Source: Mailhella sp.
GTDB taxonomy: Bacteria > Desulfobacterota > Desulfovibrionia > Desulfovibrionales > Desulfovibrionaceae
NCBI GenBank assembly: GCA_017408905.1
Contig: JAFQTU010000016.1
Span: 520-64,519, forward strand
Reading direction: 5' to 3'
DNA: 64,000 nt
A program made the translations under genes and the position numbers. This document shows, piece by piece, positions 1 through 9,270 of the stretch. Numbering within the stretch: the stretch's first letter is position 1; every line of letters begins with the position of its first letter. The notes under the pieces are model-generated. The model did not search any database. It worked only from the letters and a program-made list of their open reading frames with translations, and was not told the DNA's origin.

Positions 1-1
1 C

Positions 2-289
2 ATCTTTGTCGGGTCGGGCTATGCTGTCACGTCCAACCGCGAGAGCGGGCGCGGCAGGGCCGATATCATTGTCAAGGACCAGCGCAATTCCCGTTCCGCC
101 GTCATCGAGGTGAAGCACGCCAGCGCCAGCGCAGAGCTTATTCCCCTCGCCGAAGCCGCTCTTCAGCAGATAGACGAGAAGGAATACGACGCCCCCCTGC
201 GCGACAATTACGAGACCGTTATCCACTGGGGCATGGCGTTCTTCGAGAAGCGATGCATAGCGAAGTTCAAGATGGCTGTATCCCAATAA
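2..289 (+). CDS. C-terminal part (5' truncated by window edge) of an AAA-ATPase-associated PD-(D/E)XK nuclease-domain protein
   Basis: Manual translation of frame 2: ...VTSNRESGRGRADIIVKD...AVIEVKH...ALQQIDEKEY...WGMAF, stop TAA at 287-289. The SNRESG-G-R-D...IE-K...AL-QI...Y pattern is typical of this family. Confidence 0.75.
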   Translation: MFVGSGYAVTSNRESGRGRADIIVKDQRNSRSAVIEVKHASASAELIPLAEAALQQIDEKEYDAPLRDNYETVIHWGMAFFEKRCIAKFKMAVSQ

Positions 290-333
290 CGGGCAAAGGG
301 CTGACCTGAGGTGTTCAGGCCAGCCCCTTTTCG

Positions 334-588
334 TCAGTCGGGGGGGGATTCACGCGGCGTCAGCTCATAGCCCATGAGATGCGCCATTTCCCGCAACGGC
401 TCCACATTTCTGGTGAAGCTCATGATCTCGAAAAGTGTCATAGCGCCCAGCTTCGCCCCCTTGTCGTAGGGATTGCATTCCCGCATCAGCGTGGAATACG
501 GCTTCCTGATACCCCGGGCTATCTCATTGGCGGTATAGCCGCTTTGAAAGAGCGCCTCTTGAAACACGGAAAGCAACCTGTTCTCCAT
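334..588 (-). CDS. Phage regulatory CII-family protein (84 aa)
   Basis: Contains EIARGIRKPYSTLMRECNPYDKGAKLG, which resembles the CII-family small regulators seen in Desulfovibrionaceae. SD-like GGGAG precedes the ATG. Confidence 0.65.
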   Translation of the reverse strand: MENRLLSVFQEALFQSGYTANEIARGIRKPYSTLMRECNPYDKGAKLGAMTLFEIMSFTRNVEPLREMAHLMGYELTPRESPPD

Positions 589-624
589 ACCTAAACTCCC
601 CTTTTGGCTGATTTTGATATCATC

Positions 625-642
625 TGATACTCATGAGTATCA
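625..642. promoter_or_regulatory. Perfect 18-bp palindrome TGATACTCATGAGTATCA, candidate repressor operator
   Basis: Direct inspection. It lies in an AT-rich region upstream of the CII-like gene, among related TGATA/TATCA half-sites at about 615-705. Confidence 0.55.
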
Positions 643-967
643 CTCTTTTCTCATTCCGTGGTGTTGTAGAGATGTGATACTAACGCGATATCAATGATTA
701 TCACCATAGCCTATAGGCGAAGTTGGGCAGATTGCCTCTATCGGTATGCCGTTGGCAGGTCTATTGCCCCTTCCATTACAGAATCTTCGTCAACGCCTCC
801 TTCACGCGCCACACGGGCAGCAAGTCAAAGAGTTTCCACTTTGTTTCGCGGAACGTCTGTTCTTTGGTGAGCACAACCAGCTCGAAGAGGCGGTAACGCC
901 ACGTGCGTGTGATGTGCGCCTGAGCCATACCCAGAGTTCCGGGTTGTCGCGGCGCATGAAGGTATGG

Positions 968-1093
968 ATGCCGCAGTCGTACGTTTCGAAGTATGAAAGC
1001 GGGGAACGCAGGCTCGATGTTGTCGAGTTCATTGCCGTGGCTACGGCGCTGGGCGAAGACCCCCTTGAGCTTCTGCGGCAGGTCATCGAATAA
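968..1093 (+). pseudogene. Truncated XRE-family HTH regulator (C-terminal half only)
   Basis: PQSYVSKYESGERRLDVVEFIAVATALGEDP is a classic XRE C-terminal half. The upstream frame lacks a recognisable first helix and start. Confidence 0.6.
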
Positions 1094-1155
1094 AAAAAAG
1101 AGGCAGAGCCCCCCTGCCCTTCTCTGCCTGCCCACGTACATACGTTTTAAACGCC

Positions 1156-1184
1156 AAAGGCTCCACCGGAAAACCGATGGAGCC
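1156..1184 (-). terminator. Intrinsic terminator downstream of tRNA-Pro
   Basis: Minus strand GGCTCCATCGG-TTTT-CCGGTGGAGCC followed by TTT. Confidence 0.65.
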
Positions 1185-1192
1185 CTTTGACA

Positions 1193-1267
1193 TGGTCGGG
1201 GCGACTGGGATCGAACCAGCGACATCCTGCTCCCAAAGCAGGCGCGCTACCGCTGCGCTACGCCCCG
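1193..1267 (-). tRNA. tRNA-Pro (TGG)
   Basis: Cloverleaf with acceptor stem CGGGGCG/CGCCCCG, anticodon arm CCTGC-TTTGGGA-GCAGG, T-loop TTCGATC and encoded 3' ACCA. Confidence 0.97.
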
Positions 1268-1314
1268 CACAAGAAAAGGCCGCACGCCAAGAGCATACGG
1301 CCTTTCCTTATGAA

Positions 1315-1791
1315 TTAGTAAGCCATGATGGTGAAGTTGTCGCGGCGGTTCTTGGCCCACACTTCTTCGCCAGTGCCCTGAGCGGCAGGACGGTCTTCAC
1401 CGAAGGAGATGACGTCGAGCTGTTCGGCAGGCACGCCGAGGCGGATCATGTAGTCGTACACAGCGCGGGCGCGGCGTTCGCCGAGAGCCTGGTTGTATTC
1501 GGCAGTGCCGCGTTCGTCGCAGTTGCCGGCGATGAGCACCACGATGGAGGGGTACTGCTTCAGGGTGTCGGCCATGCCCTGCAGCATGTCGCGGTATTCA
1601 GCCTTGATGTCGTACTTGTTGAAATCGAAGTAAACGACGTTCTTGGTGAGCTTCTTGCTGATAGCCTTGGTGGAAACGGCGGGAGCAGCGGGAGCGGCAA
1701 CTTCTTCCACGTTCTTCTTGGCGCAGCCGGCGCCCATGGCGAGGCCGAGACCGAGGACGGTGACCATAGCGAGAGTCTTGAGAGACTTCAT
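1315..1791 (-). CDS. pal: Peptidoglycan-associated lipoprotein Pal (OmpA family)
   Basis: Lipobox-like GAGC, VYFDFNKYDI, GNCDERGTAEYNQALGERRA and NRR motifs; adjacent to tolB. Confidence 0.92.
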   Translation of the reverse strand: MKSLKTLAMVTVLGLGLAMGAGCAKKNVEEVAAPAAPAVSTKAISKKLTKNVVYFDFNKYDIKAEYRDMLQGMADTLKQYPSIVVLIAGNCDERGTAEYNQALGERRARAVYDYMIRLGVPAEQLDVISFGEDRPAAQGTGEEVWAKNRRDNFTIMAY

Positions 1792-1926
1792 GTTTAACTC
1801 CTCCTGAGAGTTGACCTGATATTTCTCTTTCCCGGCGGCCCCTCGGCTGCCGTAAAAGAAAGAACTTTATAGATGGACCAAGTTCGGATAATGCTCCGGG
1901 CCTCGGGCATTGTCAAGATTTAATTG

Positions 1927-3240
1927 CTACTTGCCCCAGCGCGGGAAGGCGGCATTGCCCGGGCCGGTGGGCATATGCTTGGCCGGGCCGCCGTGGCGCG
2001 TGGTAAGGTATATCTGCTGTTTGCCGCTTCTGGTGGAGGTGAAGGCCACAAAGTAGCTGTCGGGCGCGAAGGCGGGCTGTTCATCGCTTCCCGGGCCGTA
2101 GGAAACCTGCTGGTCGAAGCCCGTTACCATGTCGTACACGAAAATGCGGAAGCCCTGCGGCGTTCCCTTGGTGTAGGCGATGAGCGTACCGTCCGGGCTG
2201 ATGCAGGGTTCGGAATTGTACGAACCTTCCTTGCTTACGCGGGTGACGGCGCCGGTGTTCAAGTCCTTCAGGAACACCTGCGGCCCGCCGAGGCGGCTGG
2301 ACGTGAAGGCCATCTTGGTTCCCGTGGAGTCGAACGAGGGAGAGACGTTGATGGCCGAGCTCTGTTCAAGGGCGCGTTCACGCTTGAACTGGCGGTCGAG
2401 CAGGAAGATGTCGGGGTAGCGCCCCGTGGAAAGGCTCACGGCCACGCGGTTGTCGGGCAGGAAGCAGGGGCCGATGACGGTGTTGCCGGGGAAGCGGATG
2501 CGCGTCACCTTGTTGGCAAGGCGATCCCACACGCCAAGGGCGTAGGTGCGTTCGTCGCGGTGGCTGAACACGATGTAGCGCCCGTCAGGCGACCACGAGG
2601 GCGAAAGCGCCGAGCCGGGCAGATTGGTGACCTGCCGCAGGTCGCGCCCGGTGGGGCGCACCAGCCACACGTCGCGCTTCTTGCCGTCGCCCTTCACAAA
2701 GGCCACCGTACTGCTGAAGAAGCCGCGCCCGCCGGTAAGGGCATACATGAGGTCGTCGCAGAAGCGGTCGGCTACGTTGGCCACCTCCTGCTTGGTCACG
2801 CCGGAATAGGCGTTGCCGAACACGAACTTGCCCGAGAAGGTCTCGAAAACGCGAAGCTCCACCGTGGAATTCTCGCTGTCGCCAGCGGGCCAGTAGGCCG
2901 TGACCACAAGGTCCGCCCCGGCTATCTGGAAGCGGCGGAAGTCGATGCCCTCGCTCTGCCAGCCGGAAAGCACCGTGCCGCCGAGGATAGCCCCGGAGGG
3001 GACCAGCTTCATGAAGGGCAGGAAGTTGAGGTTCTTGTCGATCTCCTTATGGAGGTCGGCCCCAAGTTCCTTTGCTTCCGCCTCAGGCCCGGTGAGCGGG
3101 GAAGCCATGGAAAGGTTGATCTGGTTCTGGCCGGGGCCGTAGATATCGATGAGCGTGGCGGCCTGCGCCTGCATGGCGAAGACCAGCACGAAAACAGCGG
3201 CGAACAGCGAGCGAAGGCCGTGGAAAAAGCGTATGTCCAT
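1927..3240 (-). CDS. tolB: Tol-Pal system beta-propeller protein TolB
   Basis: Signal peptide, TolB N-domain and repeated PSWSPDG/PD40 motifs. Start placed at the ATG at 3240 with an upstream AAGGA. Confidence 0.9.
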   Translation of the reverse strand: MDIRFFHGLRSLFAAVFVLVFAMQAQAATLIDIYGPGQNQINLSMASPLTGPEAEAKELGADLHKEIDKNLNFLPFMKLVPSGAILGGTVLSGWQSEGIDFRRFQIAGADLVVTAYWPAGDSENSTVELRVFETFSGKFVFGNAYSGVTKQEVANVADRFCDDLMYALTGGRGFFSSTVAFVKGDGKKRDVWLVRPTGRDLRQVTNLPGSALSPSWSPDGRYIVFSHRDERTYALGVWDRLANKVTRIRFPGNTVIGPCFLPDNRVAVSLSTGRYPDIFLLDRQFKRERALEQSSAINVSPSFDSTGTKMAFTSSRLGGPQVFLKDLNTGAVTRVSKEGSYNSEPCISPDGTLIAYTKGTPQGFRIFVYDMVTGFDQQVSYGPGSDEQPAFAPDSYFVAFTSTRSGKQQIYLTTRHGGPAKHMPTGPGNAAFPRWGK

Positions 3241-3375
3241 TTCATGCACATCCTTCAAGGATTTTGAAAAACAGAGCATATTCCGGCCCGCTGGGATGGT
3301 CAAGAGCCGCCTTCCCGCACCCGGACAAGGAAAAGGCCGAAGCGCGGTGCGTTCCGCATCTCCAGCCTTCCCAAG

Positions 3376-3675
3376 CTAGGCTTCGCGCGGCGGCGACAGC
3401 AGGGCCGCCTTCGCGTTCCGGGGCGCTTTCTTCACCCGCGCTTCAAGGCGGAGCGCCTCCCCCTGCGTCAGGCCCTGCGTGAAGGCCGTCAGGGTCACGG
3501 GACGGCGTCCGCGCGTGTATCTGGCCCCGCCCGCCCTCCTGCCGTTGTGCATATCGAGGCGGCGTGGCAGGTCCTTGGTCACGCCGCAATACAGAGTGCC
3601 GTCGGCGCAGGTAAGCAGATAGACGCACCAGTCGCGGGCCGGGGCGTCGCCCTTCGCTTCTTCCTCAGTATTCAT
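3376..3675 (-). CDS. GIY-YIG nuclease family protein (about 99 aa)
   Basis: WCVYLLTCADGTLYCGVTKDLPRRLDMHN...GARYTRGRRP...ALRLEARVK. The start overlaps the crcB stop (ATGA). Confidence 0.88.
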   Translation of the reverse strand: MNTEEEAKGDAPARDWCVYLLTCADGTLYCGVTKDLPRRLDMHNGRRAGGARYTRGRRPVTLTAFTQGLTQGEALRLEARVKKAPRNAKAALLSPPREA

Positions 3676-4079
3676 GCGCGTTCCTCGTGCGGCGCGGCAA
3701 GAAGCCAGCCAAGGCCGGCCAGCGCCACGCAGAGCGCCGTGTTGAGGCCGATATTCAGCAGGGCGAAGCTCATGTGCCCGCCCTGCCAGAGCTTCACCGT
3801 GTCCAGCGCGAAGGACGAAAACGTGGTGAAGCCGCCAAGGAAGCCCGTCCCAAGAAAGGCGTTCAGCCACGGGGCGGCAGGGCAGGCCTGCCCCATGCGG
3901 GCGAGCAGGCCCATAAGCAGACCCATGACGAAAGACCCCGCCATGTTGACGCACAGTATGCCCAGCGGGAAATGACCGCCCATAGCCGCCATGACAGCGA
4001 CGTTCCCGTGGACGCGGCAGAGCGCCCCCAGCGCACCGCCCAGAAGGACAGGCAGAGAAAGCAGGATATTGCGTTGCAT
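3672..4079 (-). CDS. crcB: Fluoride channel Fluc/CrcB (copy 2)
   Basis: GGALGALCR, NMAGSF and GFLGGFTTFSSF signature motifs. Confidence 0.92.
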   Translation of the reverse strand: MQRNILLSLPVLLGGALGALCRVHGNVAVMAAMGGHFPLGILCVNMAGSFVMGLLMGLLARMGQACPAAPWLNAFLGTGFLGGFTTFSSFALDTVKLWQGGHMSFALLNIGLNTALCVALAGLGWLLAAPHEERA

Positions 4080-4088
4080 GGTTCCTCC

Positions 4089-4481
4089 TCAGGGATGTGC
4101 GGGAACGGCGGCGGGCGTGAGCAGGGAAAGGCCGAGAGCGGCGGCGCTCAGGCAAAGCGCCATACTGAGCAGGAGGTTCGCCCACGCACACGCCATGCGG
4201 CCTTCGCGGAAAAGGCGGAAGCTGTCCATGGAAAAGGTCGAGAAGGTCGTGAGCGCCCCGCAGAAGCCCTGCATGACAAGATCGTCCCACGGGCTGGGGG
4301 CAAGGCGGCCAAGCGCTATGGCCGACGCAGTGAGGCCGATGAGGAAAGAACCCGCCACATTGACCGCGAGCGTTCCCACAGGGAAGCGCCCGCCGAACAG
4401 CGCCGTGGCGGCCAGCCCTGACCAGAAGCGGCCCAATGCGCCCAGCGCGCCGCCAAGTGCGATGAAAAGAAGGGATTCCAT
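4089..4481 (-). CDS. crcB: Fluoride channel Fluc/CrcB (copy 1)
   Basis: GGALGALGR, FPVGTLAVNVAGS and GFCGALTTFSTF. ATG at 4481 with GGAG SD. Confidence 0.9.
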   Translation of the reverse strand: MESLLFIALGGALGALGRFWSGLAATALFGGRFPVGTLAVNVAGSFLIGLTASAIALGRLAPSPWDDLVMQGFCGALTTFSTFSMDSFRLFREGRMACAWANLLLSMALCLSAAALGLSLLTPAAVPAHP

Positions 4482-4564
4482 GCTGTTCTCCAGAGGGAAA
4501 GGATCCTGTGTTTTCGCCCTGCTGTCAATGCGGGGCGGAAGGACGTGCCCCCGCCCCTCCCGCA

Positions 4565-5779
4565 TCAGAGCTTGTAGGCCGACTCGCCGTGCAGGGCCTC
4601 GTCAAGGCCGGTGAGCTCCTGTTCCCGGCTCACGCGGATGGGGCCGAAACGGCTGATGAACTTCAGGATGAACCAGCTCACGCCGAAAGACCAGATGGCC
4701 ACCACGAGGATGCCGAGGAGCTGGAGGAAGAACTGCTCCAGCCCGGCTTCCACATGGTTGATGCCCGACGAGGCGAAGACGCCGATGAGCAATGCGCCGG
4801 TCACGCCGCCCATGCCGTGCGCACGCCAGACTTCGAGGGCGTCGTCGAAGCGGAGCTTTTCCTGCACGCAGCGGGAGAAGTAGCAGACCACCGCGCCCGC
4901 CGCACCGATGACAATAGCGGCCCACGGCGGCACGTAGCCCGCCGCCGGGGTGATGGTGGCAAGGCCCGCCACCGCGCCCACGAGCACGCCGGAGAACGAC
5001 GGCCTGCGCTCATGCCGCCAGTCCAGCAGCATCCAGACCAGCATGGCGATAGAGCCGGAAATGGTGGTGTTGGTGAAGGCGTAGGAAGCGAGGTCGTCCG
5101 CGGCATAGGCACCGCCCGCATTGAAGCCGAACCAGCCGAACCACAGAAGGCCCGCCCCCACGGCCACAAGGGGCAGGTTGTTGGGCTCGGCCTTCTCGCC
5201 CGGGGCGATATCGTCGCGCGGGCCCATGAACATCACCGTGGCAAGGGCCGCAAAGCCTGCGCTCACATGGATCACGATGCCGCCTGCGAAGTCCACCACG
5301 CCAAGGCGGGCAAGGAAGCCGCCGCCCCATATCCAGTGGCAGGCCGGGAGATAGACGAGTATCATCCAGAGCACGAGGAACTGCAGGTAGCCCCGGAAGT
5401 TGAAGCGCCCCGCAAACGCGCCGGTGATGAGCGCGGGCGTGATGATGGCGAACATGAGCTGGTAGGCGAAGAAGAGGATGAAGGGAACGGTGCTGGCGTA
5501 GTCCGGGCTGGGGGCCGCACCTACCTTGTCCAGAGCGAAGTGATAGCTGATATCCCCGATGATGCCGTTCACGCTGGGCCCGAAGGCAAGGCTGAAGCCG
5601 CCGAATATCCAGATCACGGCAATGACGCCCATGGAAATGAAGCTCTGCATCATAATGGTCAGCACGTTCTTGCGCCGCACAAGGCCGCCGTAGAAGAAGG
5701 CCAGCCCCGGCGTCATCAGGCAGACCAGAGCCGTGCAGAACAGGATGAAGGCGGTATCGCCGGTATTGGCCACAGGCAT
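4565..5779 (-). CDS. amt: Ammonium transporter (Amt family)
   Basis: LMTPGLAFFYGGLVRRKN, DFAGGIVIH, WFGWFGFNAG and a second conserved His (RAHG). Confidence 0.95.
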   Translation of the reverse strand: MPVANTGDTAFILFCTALVCLMTPGLAFFYGGLVRRKNVLTIMMQSFISMGVIAVIWIFGGFSLAFGPSVNGIIGDISYHFALDKVGAAPSPDYASTVPFILFFAYQLMFAIITPALITGAFAGRFNFRGYLQFLVLWMILVYLPACHWIWGGGFLARLGVVDFAGGIVIHVSAGFAALATVMFMGPRDDIAPGEKAEPNNLPLVAVGAGLLWFGWFGFNAGGAYAADDLASYAFTNTTISGSIAMLVWMLLDWRHERRPSFSGVLVGAVAGLATITPAAGYVPPWAAIVIGAAGAVVCYFSRCVQEKLRFDDALEVWRAHGMGGVTGALLIGVFASSGINHVEAGLEQFFLQLLGILVVAIWSFGVSWFILKFISRFGPIRVSREQELTGLDEALHGESAYKL

Positions 5780-5792
5780 GGGAAACCTCCTG

Positions 5793-6797
5793 TCAGGCTG
5801 AAGGTGAAGGCGTGCGATGGCTTTCCGGCATGAACTGGATGTTCGGAAGCAGGAAGAGCCATGCGGCTATGACAAAGGGGAAGGTGAGCGTGGGGATGCC
5901 CAGCGGGGCCAGCGCCACGTTGAGCGCCCCCTGCGCCACGACCGTGAACACCGTTCCCAGCAGGGCGTAAAGGATGACGCGCCAGTTGGGGCTGTAGAAG
6001 GCGGAACCGAGGCCTATGGCCGTGAGGACGGCGCTGAACTGGTAAAGCCCCTCGGCCACGGCTCTCTCATCCGCGCCAAGGAAAGCCGCCGTGGCAATGG
6101 CCACCGCCGAACCGCACCATGCAAAGATGGAAGCCGGAAGCGAAGCCCCGGCAAGCCCCACAAGGAAGAGCAGGCCCGTGACTTCGTTCCCGATGAGAAA
6201 GACCTGCGACACCCCCTTGAGCACGGCCCGGGCCAGCACTTCGACATCGGGGAGCATGGCCATAGCCTCGGAAGGCTGGGCTGGCAGGGAAGGATGGGGC
6301 AGGCCCGTGATCTTGAAGTGGGCGAAATTGTACGAGGCCAGCAGGATGAACCATGTGGTGAAGACAAAGGGCCCTGTCATGGCCGAGACCTTCCACGTCC
6401 GCAGGAAGCGCGAGACCGCCAGCATGACGACCGTGGAAAAGAAGGAGCCTGCCACCACCAGCACCCAGCACACCGCCGTGCTCCCGAAGAAGGTGGGGAG
6501 CGCACAGCCCACAAGGATGCCGTTGTAGCCGTGCAGACCCTTGCGGATATCTTCCCCCGGCGCGCCGAGGATGCAGGCGGCCAGCGTTCCCACGACAAGG
6601 CCGACCAGCGCCCCCAGCGCCACTTCCGGGATGCCTTCCGCCCATGCGCCCCAGGCGATACCCAGCAGGAAGAAGAGGCCGCACCATGCGGAATCCTGAA
6701 ACATGACCTGCGCCGCCCCGCGCAGAAGCGTATCCACCCAGCGCAGGAAATGGCAGTTCCCGGCCATGCGCGCCCATGCGTTCTTTCGTTCTGTCAT
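5793..6797 (-). CDS. yut: Urea transporter (UT/Yut family)
   Basis: LRGAAQVMFQ and LKGVSQVFL repeats, GLHGYNGILVG, PTLTFPF; sits inside the urease cluster. Confidence 0.9.
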   Translation of the reverse strand: MTERKNAWARMAGNCHFLRWVDTLLRGAAQVMFQDSAWCGLFFLLGIAWGAWAEGIPEVALGALVGLVVGTLAACILGAPGEDIRKGLHGYNGILVGCALPTFFGSTAVCWVLVVAGSFFSTVVMLAVSRFLRTWKVSAMTGPFVFTTWFILLASYNFAHFKITGLPHPSLPAQPSEAMAMLPDVEVLARAVLKGVSQVFLIGNEVTGLLFLVGLAGASLPASIFAWCGSAVAIATAAFLGADERAVAEGLYQFSAVLTAIGLGSAFYSPNWRVILYALLGTVFTVVAQGALNVALAPLGIPTLTFPFVIAAWLFLLPNIQFMPESHRTPSPSA

Positions 6798-6820
6798 AGT
6801 CCGTCCTTTCGGCTGAAGGT

Positions 6821-7819
6821 TCAACGCCAGAGGAATTCTGGGGGAAGCGGCCTGCCCAGCACGGCCTTGCGCACAAGGGAATGGAATTCGCGCATCTTGC
6901 CGCGCACCTTTCCCACGTCATGCCCCAGTACGCGCAGGGCCAGCCCCGCGCCGTTCGGCAGTACGGATGCGCCCCATGCCAGTTCGCCGGAAACCTCGGA
7001 GCCGACGGCGTTCTTGAGCGAGGCCGTGTGGCGTTCCGGCACAAAGGCATAGACCGAGCCCAGGACCTCGAACGCGCCCATGACGCCGACATTGCGGAAA
7101 TCCATGTCGTCCGGCTCGAGCACAAGGCGCTCCTCGAAGAGGATATCGCCCTCTTTCCCGCCCGGGCGCGAGACGTTCAGGCCTGCGGAATAGATGTCGA
7201 AGCCGAAAAGCTCCTCCTCGTGATGCCAGCGCCGCCCGGGAACGAGAAGCTCGCCGTACACGAAGGAAGCCGAGGCAGGAAGCGTGACGAAGCTGTCCTG
7301 AAGGTAGCGGGAACGGCGGTGCAGGATGAGCGGGTCGGGCATATATTCAAGGTACGCCCCTTCGCCAAGGCAGAAGCGCTGTATCTGCGCGGCATAGCTG
7401 TGATCCATGCTGTGCACCTTGGCGGCGCTCTGCGTGGTCACAAGGGCGCAGGACGCAGGCCCGGCGTTCACGTCCAGCGCAAGGCGGTCGCCCTGCACCA
7501 CGCAGCCTGAGGAGGCTATCACGATGACGCAGGCCATGCCGGGCTGGGATTCCTCCCAGTACAGAGCCTTCTGGGCAAGGAGCGGGGCGCGGCGCTCCAT
7601 ATCGGCAAGCACGGTGCGCCCGCGCGCCTCGTCGTGGCGGAAGTCGAGCCGCAGATATCCGGCCTTGCCCACACTGCCGCTGGCCATCTGCGGCGGTTCG
7701 TCCTGAAAGGGGGAAAGTTCCGAAGCCTGCGCCCCCATGCCTGCCACACTGCGGCGTGCGGCTTCGAAGCTGGAACAGTCCGGGCAGAACGCCGCTTCCT
7801 GCGAAAAAAGCCCCGGCAT
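6821..7819 (-). CDS. ureD: Urease accessory protein UreD
   Basis: GCVVQGDRL, LVTTQSAAKVH, LEYMPDPLI; position after ureG. Confidence 0.9.
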   Translation of the reverse strand: MPGLFSQEAAFCPDCSSFEAARRSVAGMGAQASELSPFQDEPPQMASGSVGKAGYLRLDFRHDEARGRTVLADMERRAPLLAQKALYWEESQPGMACVIVIASSGCVVQGDRLALDVNAGPASCALVTTQSAAKVHSMDHSYAAQIQRFCLGEGAYLEYMPDPLILHRRSRYLQDSFVTLPASASFVYGELLVPGRRWHHEEELFGFDIYSAGLNVSRPGGKEGDILFEERLVLEPDDMDFRNVGVMGAFEVLGSVYAFVPERHTASLKNAVGSEVSGELAWGASVLPNGAGLALRVLGHDVGKVRGKMREFHSLVRKAVLGRPLPPEFLWR

Positions 7820-7821
7820 GG

Positions 7822-8463
7822 TCAGGCTCCCCTGCCGGAGCGGCAAGGCACGTCGAAGAGCGCGTCGCGCCGGATCCACGCGGCAAGTGTGTCGATATTG
7901 CGGCCCGTCATGCAGTTGGTGAAGAGGAAGGGCCGGTCGCCTCGCATGAGTCTGGCGTCGCGCTCCATGACCTCGAGGCTTGCCCCCACGTAGGGCGCAA
8001 GGTCTTCCTTGTTGATGACAAGGATGTCCGACTGGCAGATGCCCGGCCCGCTTTTGCGCGGTATCTTGTCACCGGCGGCCACGTCGATGACATAGATGAA
8101 AAAGTCGGCCAGCGCCGGACTGAAGGTAAGGGTCAGGTTGTCGCCGCCGCTCTCGATGAAAATGACATCGCTGTCCGGGAAGCGCTCTTCAAGCTCTTCC
8201 ACGGCGGCAAGGTTCATGCTCGGGTCTTCGCGTATGGCGGTATGGGGGCAGGCCCCGGTCTCCACGCCCACGATGCGTTCCGGCTCCAGCACACCGGCAA
8301 GGGCGCGGCGCACGTGCTGGGCGTCTTCGGTGGTCACCACGTCATTGGTTATGATGAGCGGGCGCACCCCTTCGCGCATGAGCAGGGGCACAACGGCCTC
8401 GATGACCGCCGTTTTGCCGGAGCCCACCGGGCCGCCCACGCCTATCCTCGTGATCTTCTTCAT
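7822..8463 (-). CDS. ureG: Urease accessory GTPase UreG
   Basis: [35 protein letters not shown]. Confidence 0.97.
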   Translation of the reverse strand: MKKITRIGVGGPVGSGKTAVIEAVVPLLMREGVRPLIITNDVVTTEDAQHVRRALAGVLEPERIVGVETGACPHTAIREDPSMNLAAVEELEERFPDSDVIFIESGGDNLTLTFSPALADFFIYVIDVAAGDKIPRKSGPGICQSDILVINKEDLAPYVGASLEVMERDARLMRGDRPFLFTNCMTGRNIDTLAAWIRRDALFDVPCRSGRGA

Positions 8464-8474
8464 ACAATATCCTT

Positions 8475-9263
8475 TCAGCTCATAAAGAGCCGCACCCGGC
8501 CCTGCGAGTGTACGGCGGCCAGGATATCCGTCATGGGCGCATAGCCCGTCATACGGCTCAGGGGAGTCTCGAAGGTGCGGCGGCAGAGCTCGGGGAAGAG
8601 TTCGGAACTGCGGTACATGATGCCCTGCACGTCGTAATGGGTAACGCGCATGAGCCTGAGCGCCGCGTTGAGCAGGCCCATAGCCACACCGTAGAAATAG
8701 ACCGTGAGCCCCTCCTGCGCGAGGGCTTCCACCTCGGCGTTCCCTTCCTCCGTTCCCTCGGCATGGCGCAGAGGGCGCTGGGCAAAGGCGGACGCCGCAA
8801 GGAGCACCGCCAGCGACACAGGGTAGCACCCCGGAGAAGAGCCCATGCGGAGCTGTCTCATCCAGCGGTCGGCCAGCGGGGAACAGGTCATGGAAGCGGA
8901 AAGCTCGGCCAGCTTGCGGCCCGTGCGCGTCATCATGTCGCGGAACTCCTCGGGGAGTTTGCGGCGGTAGAGCGCAAGGTCGATGGTGCGCAGGCGGGTA
9001 AGGGCCGCTTCGCTCACCGGGCCTCCCATGCTCACCGGGTCGGCACAGAGGCGGCGAAGGGCGTGGTCCAGCCCCACGGCATCGCCGGTGGCGCATTGCC
9101 GCAGGGCCGTGACCACGTACTGCTGGAGCGTAGCCGCATCGTGCACGGCGCCCTTCTGCACGGCGGCTTCCAGCGCCCCGGAAAACGCGAAGGCGCCCGT
9201 GGGCAGCATGGAATCGCCGAACTGCAGGAGGCGTACCAAGGAAAGGATGCCCGCCGCTTCCAT
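8475..9263 (-). CDS. ureF: Urease accessory protein UreF
   Basis: [21 protein letters not shown] at the N-terminus; H...RLFMS at the C-terminus. Confidence 0.92.
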   Translation of the reverse strand: MEAAGILSLVRLLQFGDSMLPTGAFAFSGALEAAVQKGAVHDAATLQQYVVTALRQCATGDAVGLDHALRRLCADPVSMGGPVSEAALTRLRTIDLALYRRKLPEEFRDMMTRTGRKLAELSASMTCSPLADRWMRQLRMGSSPGCYPVSLAVLLAASAFAQRPLRHAEGTEEGNAEVEALAQEGLTVYFYGVAMGLLNAALRLMRVTHYDVQGIMYRSSELFPELCRRTFETPLSRMTGYAPMTDILAAVHSQGRVRLFMS

Positions 9264-9270
9264 GCCAGCC

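Noticed and set aside
4482-4564. Fluoride riboswitch upstream of crcB
   Set aside because: The conserved GAUGG/pseudoknot core is not visible in the 83-bp spacer.
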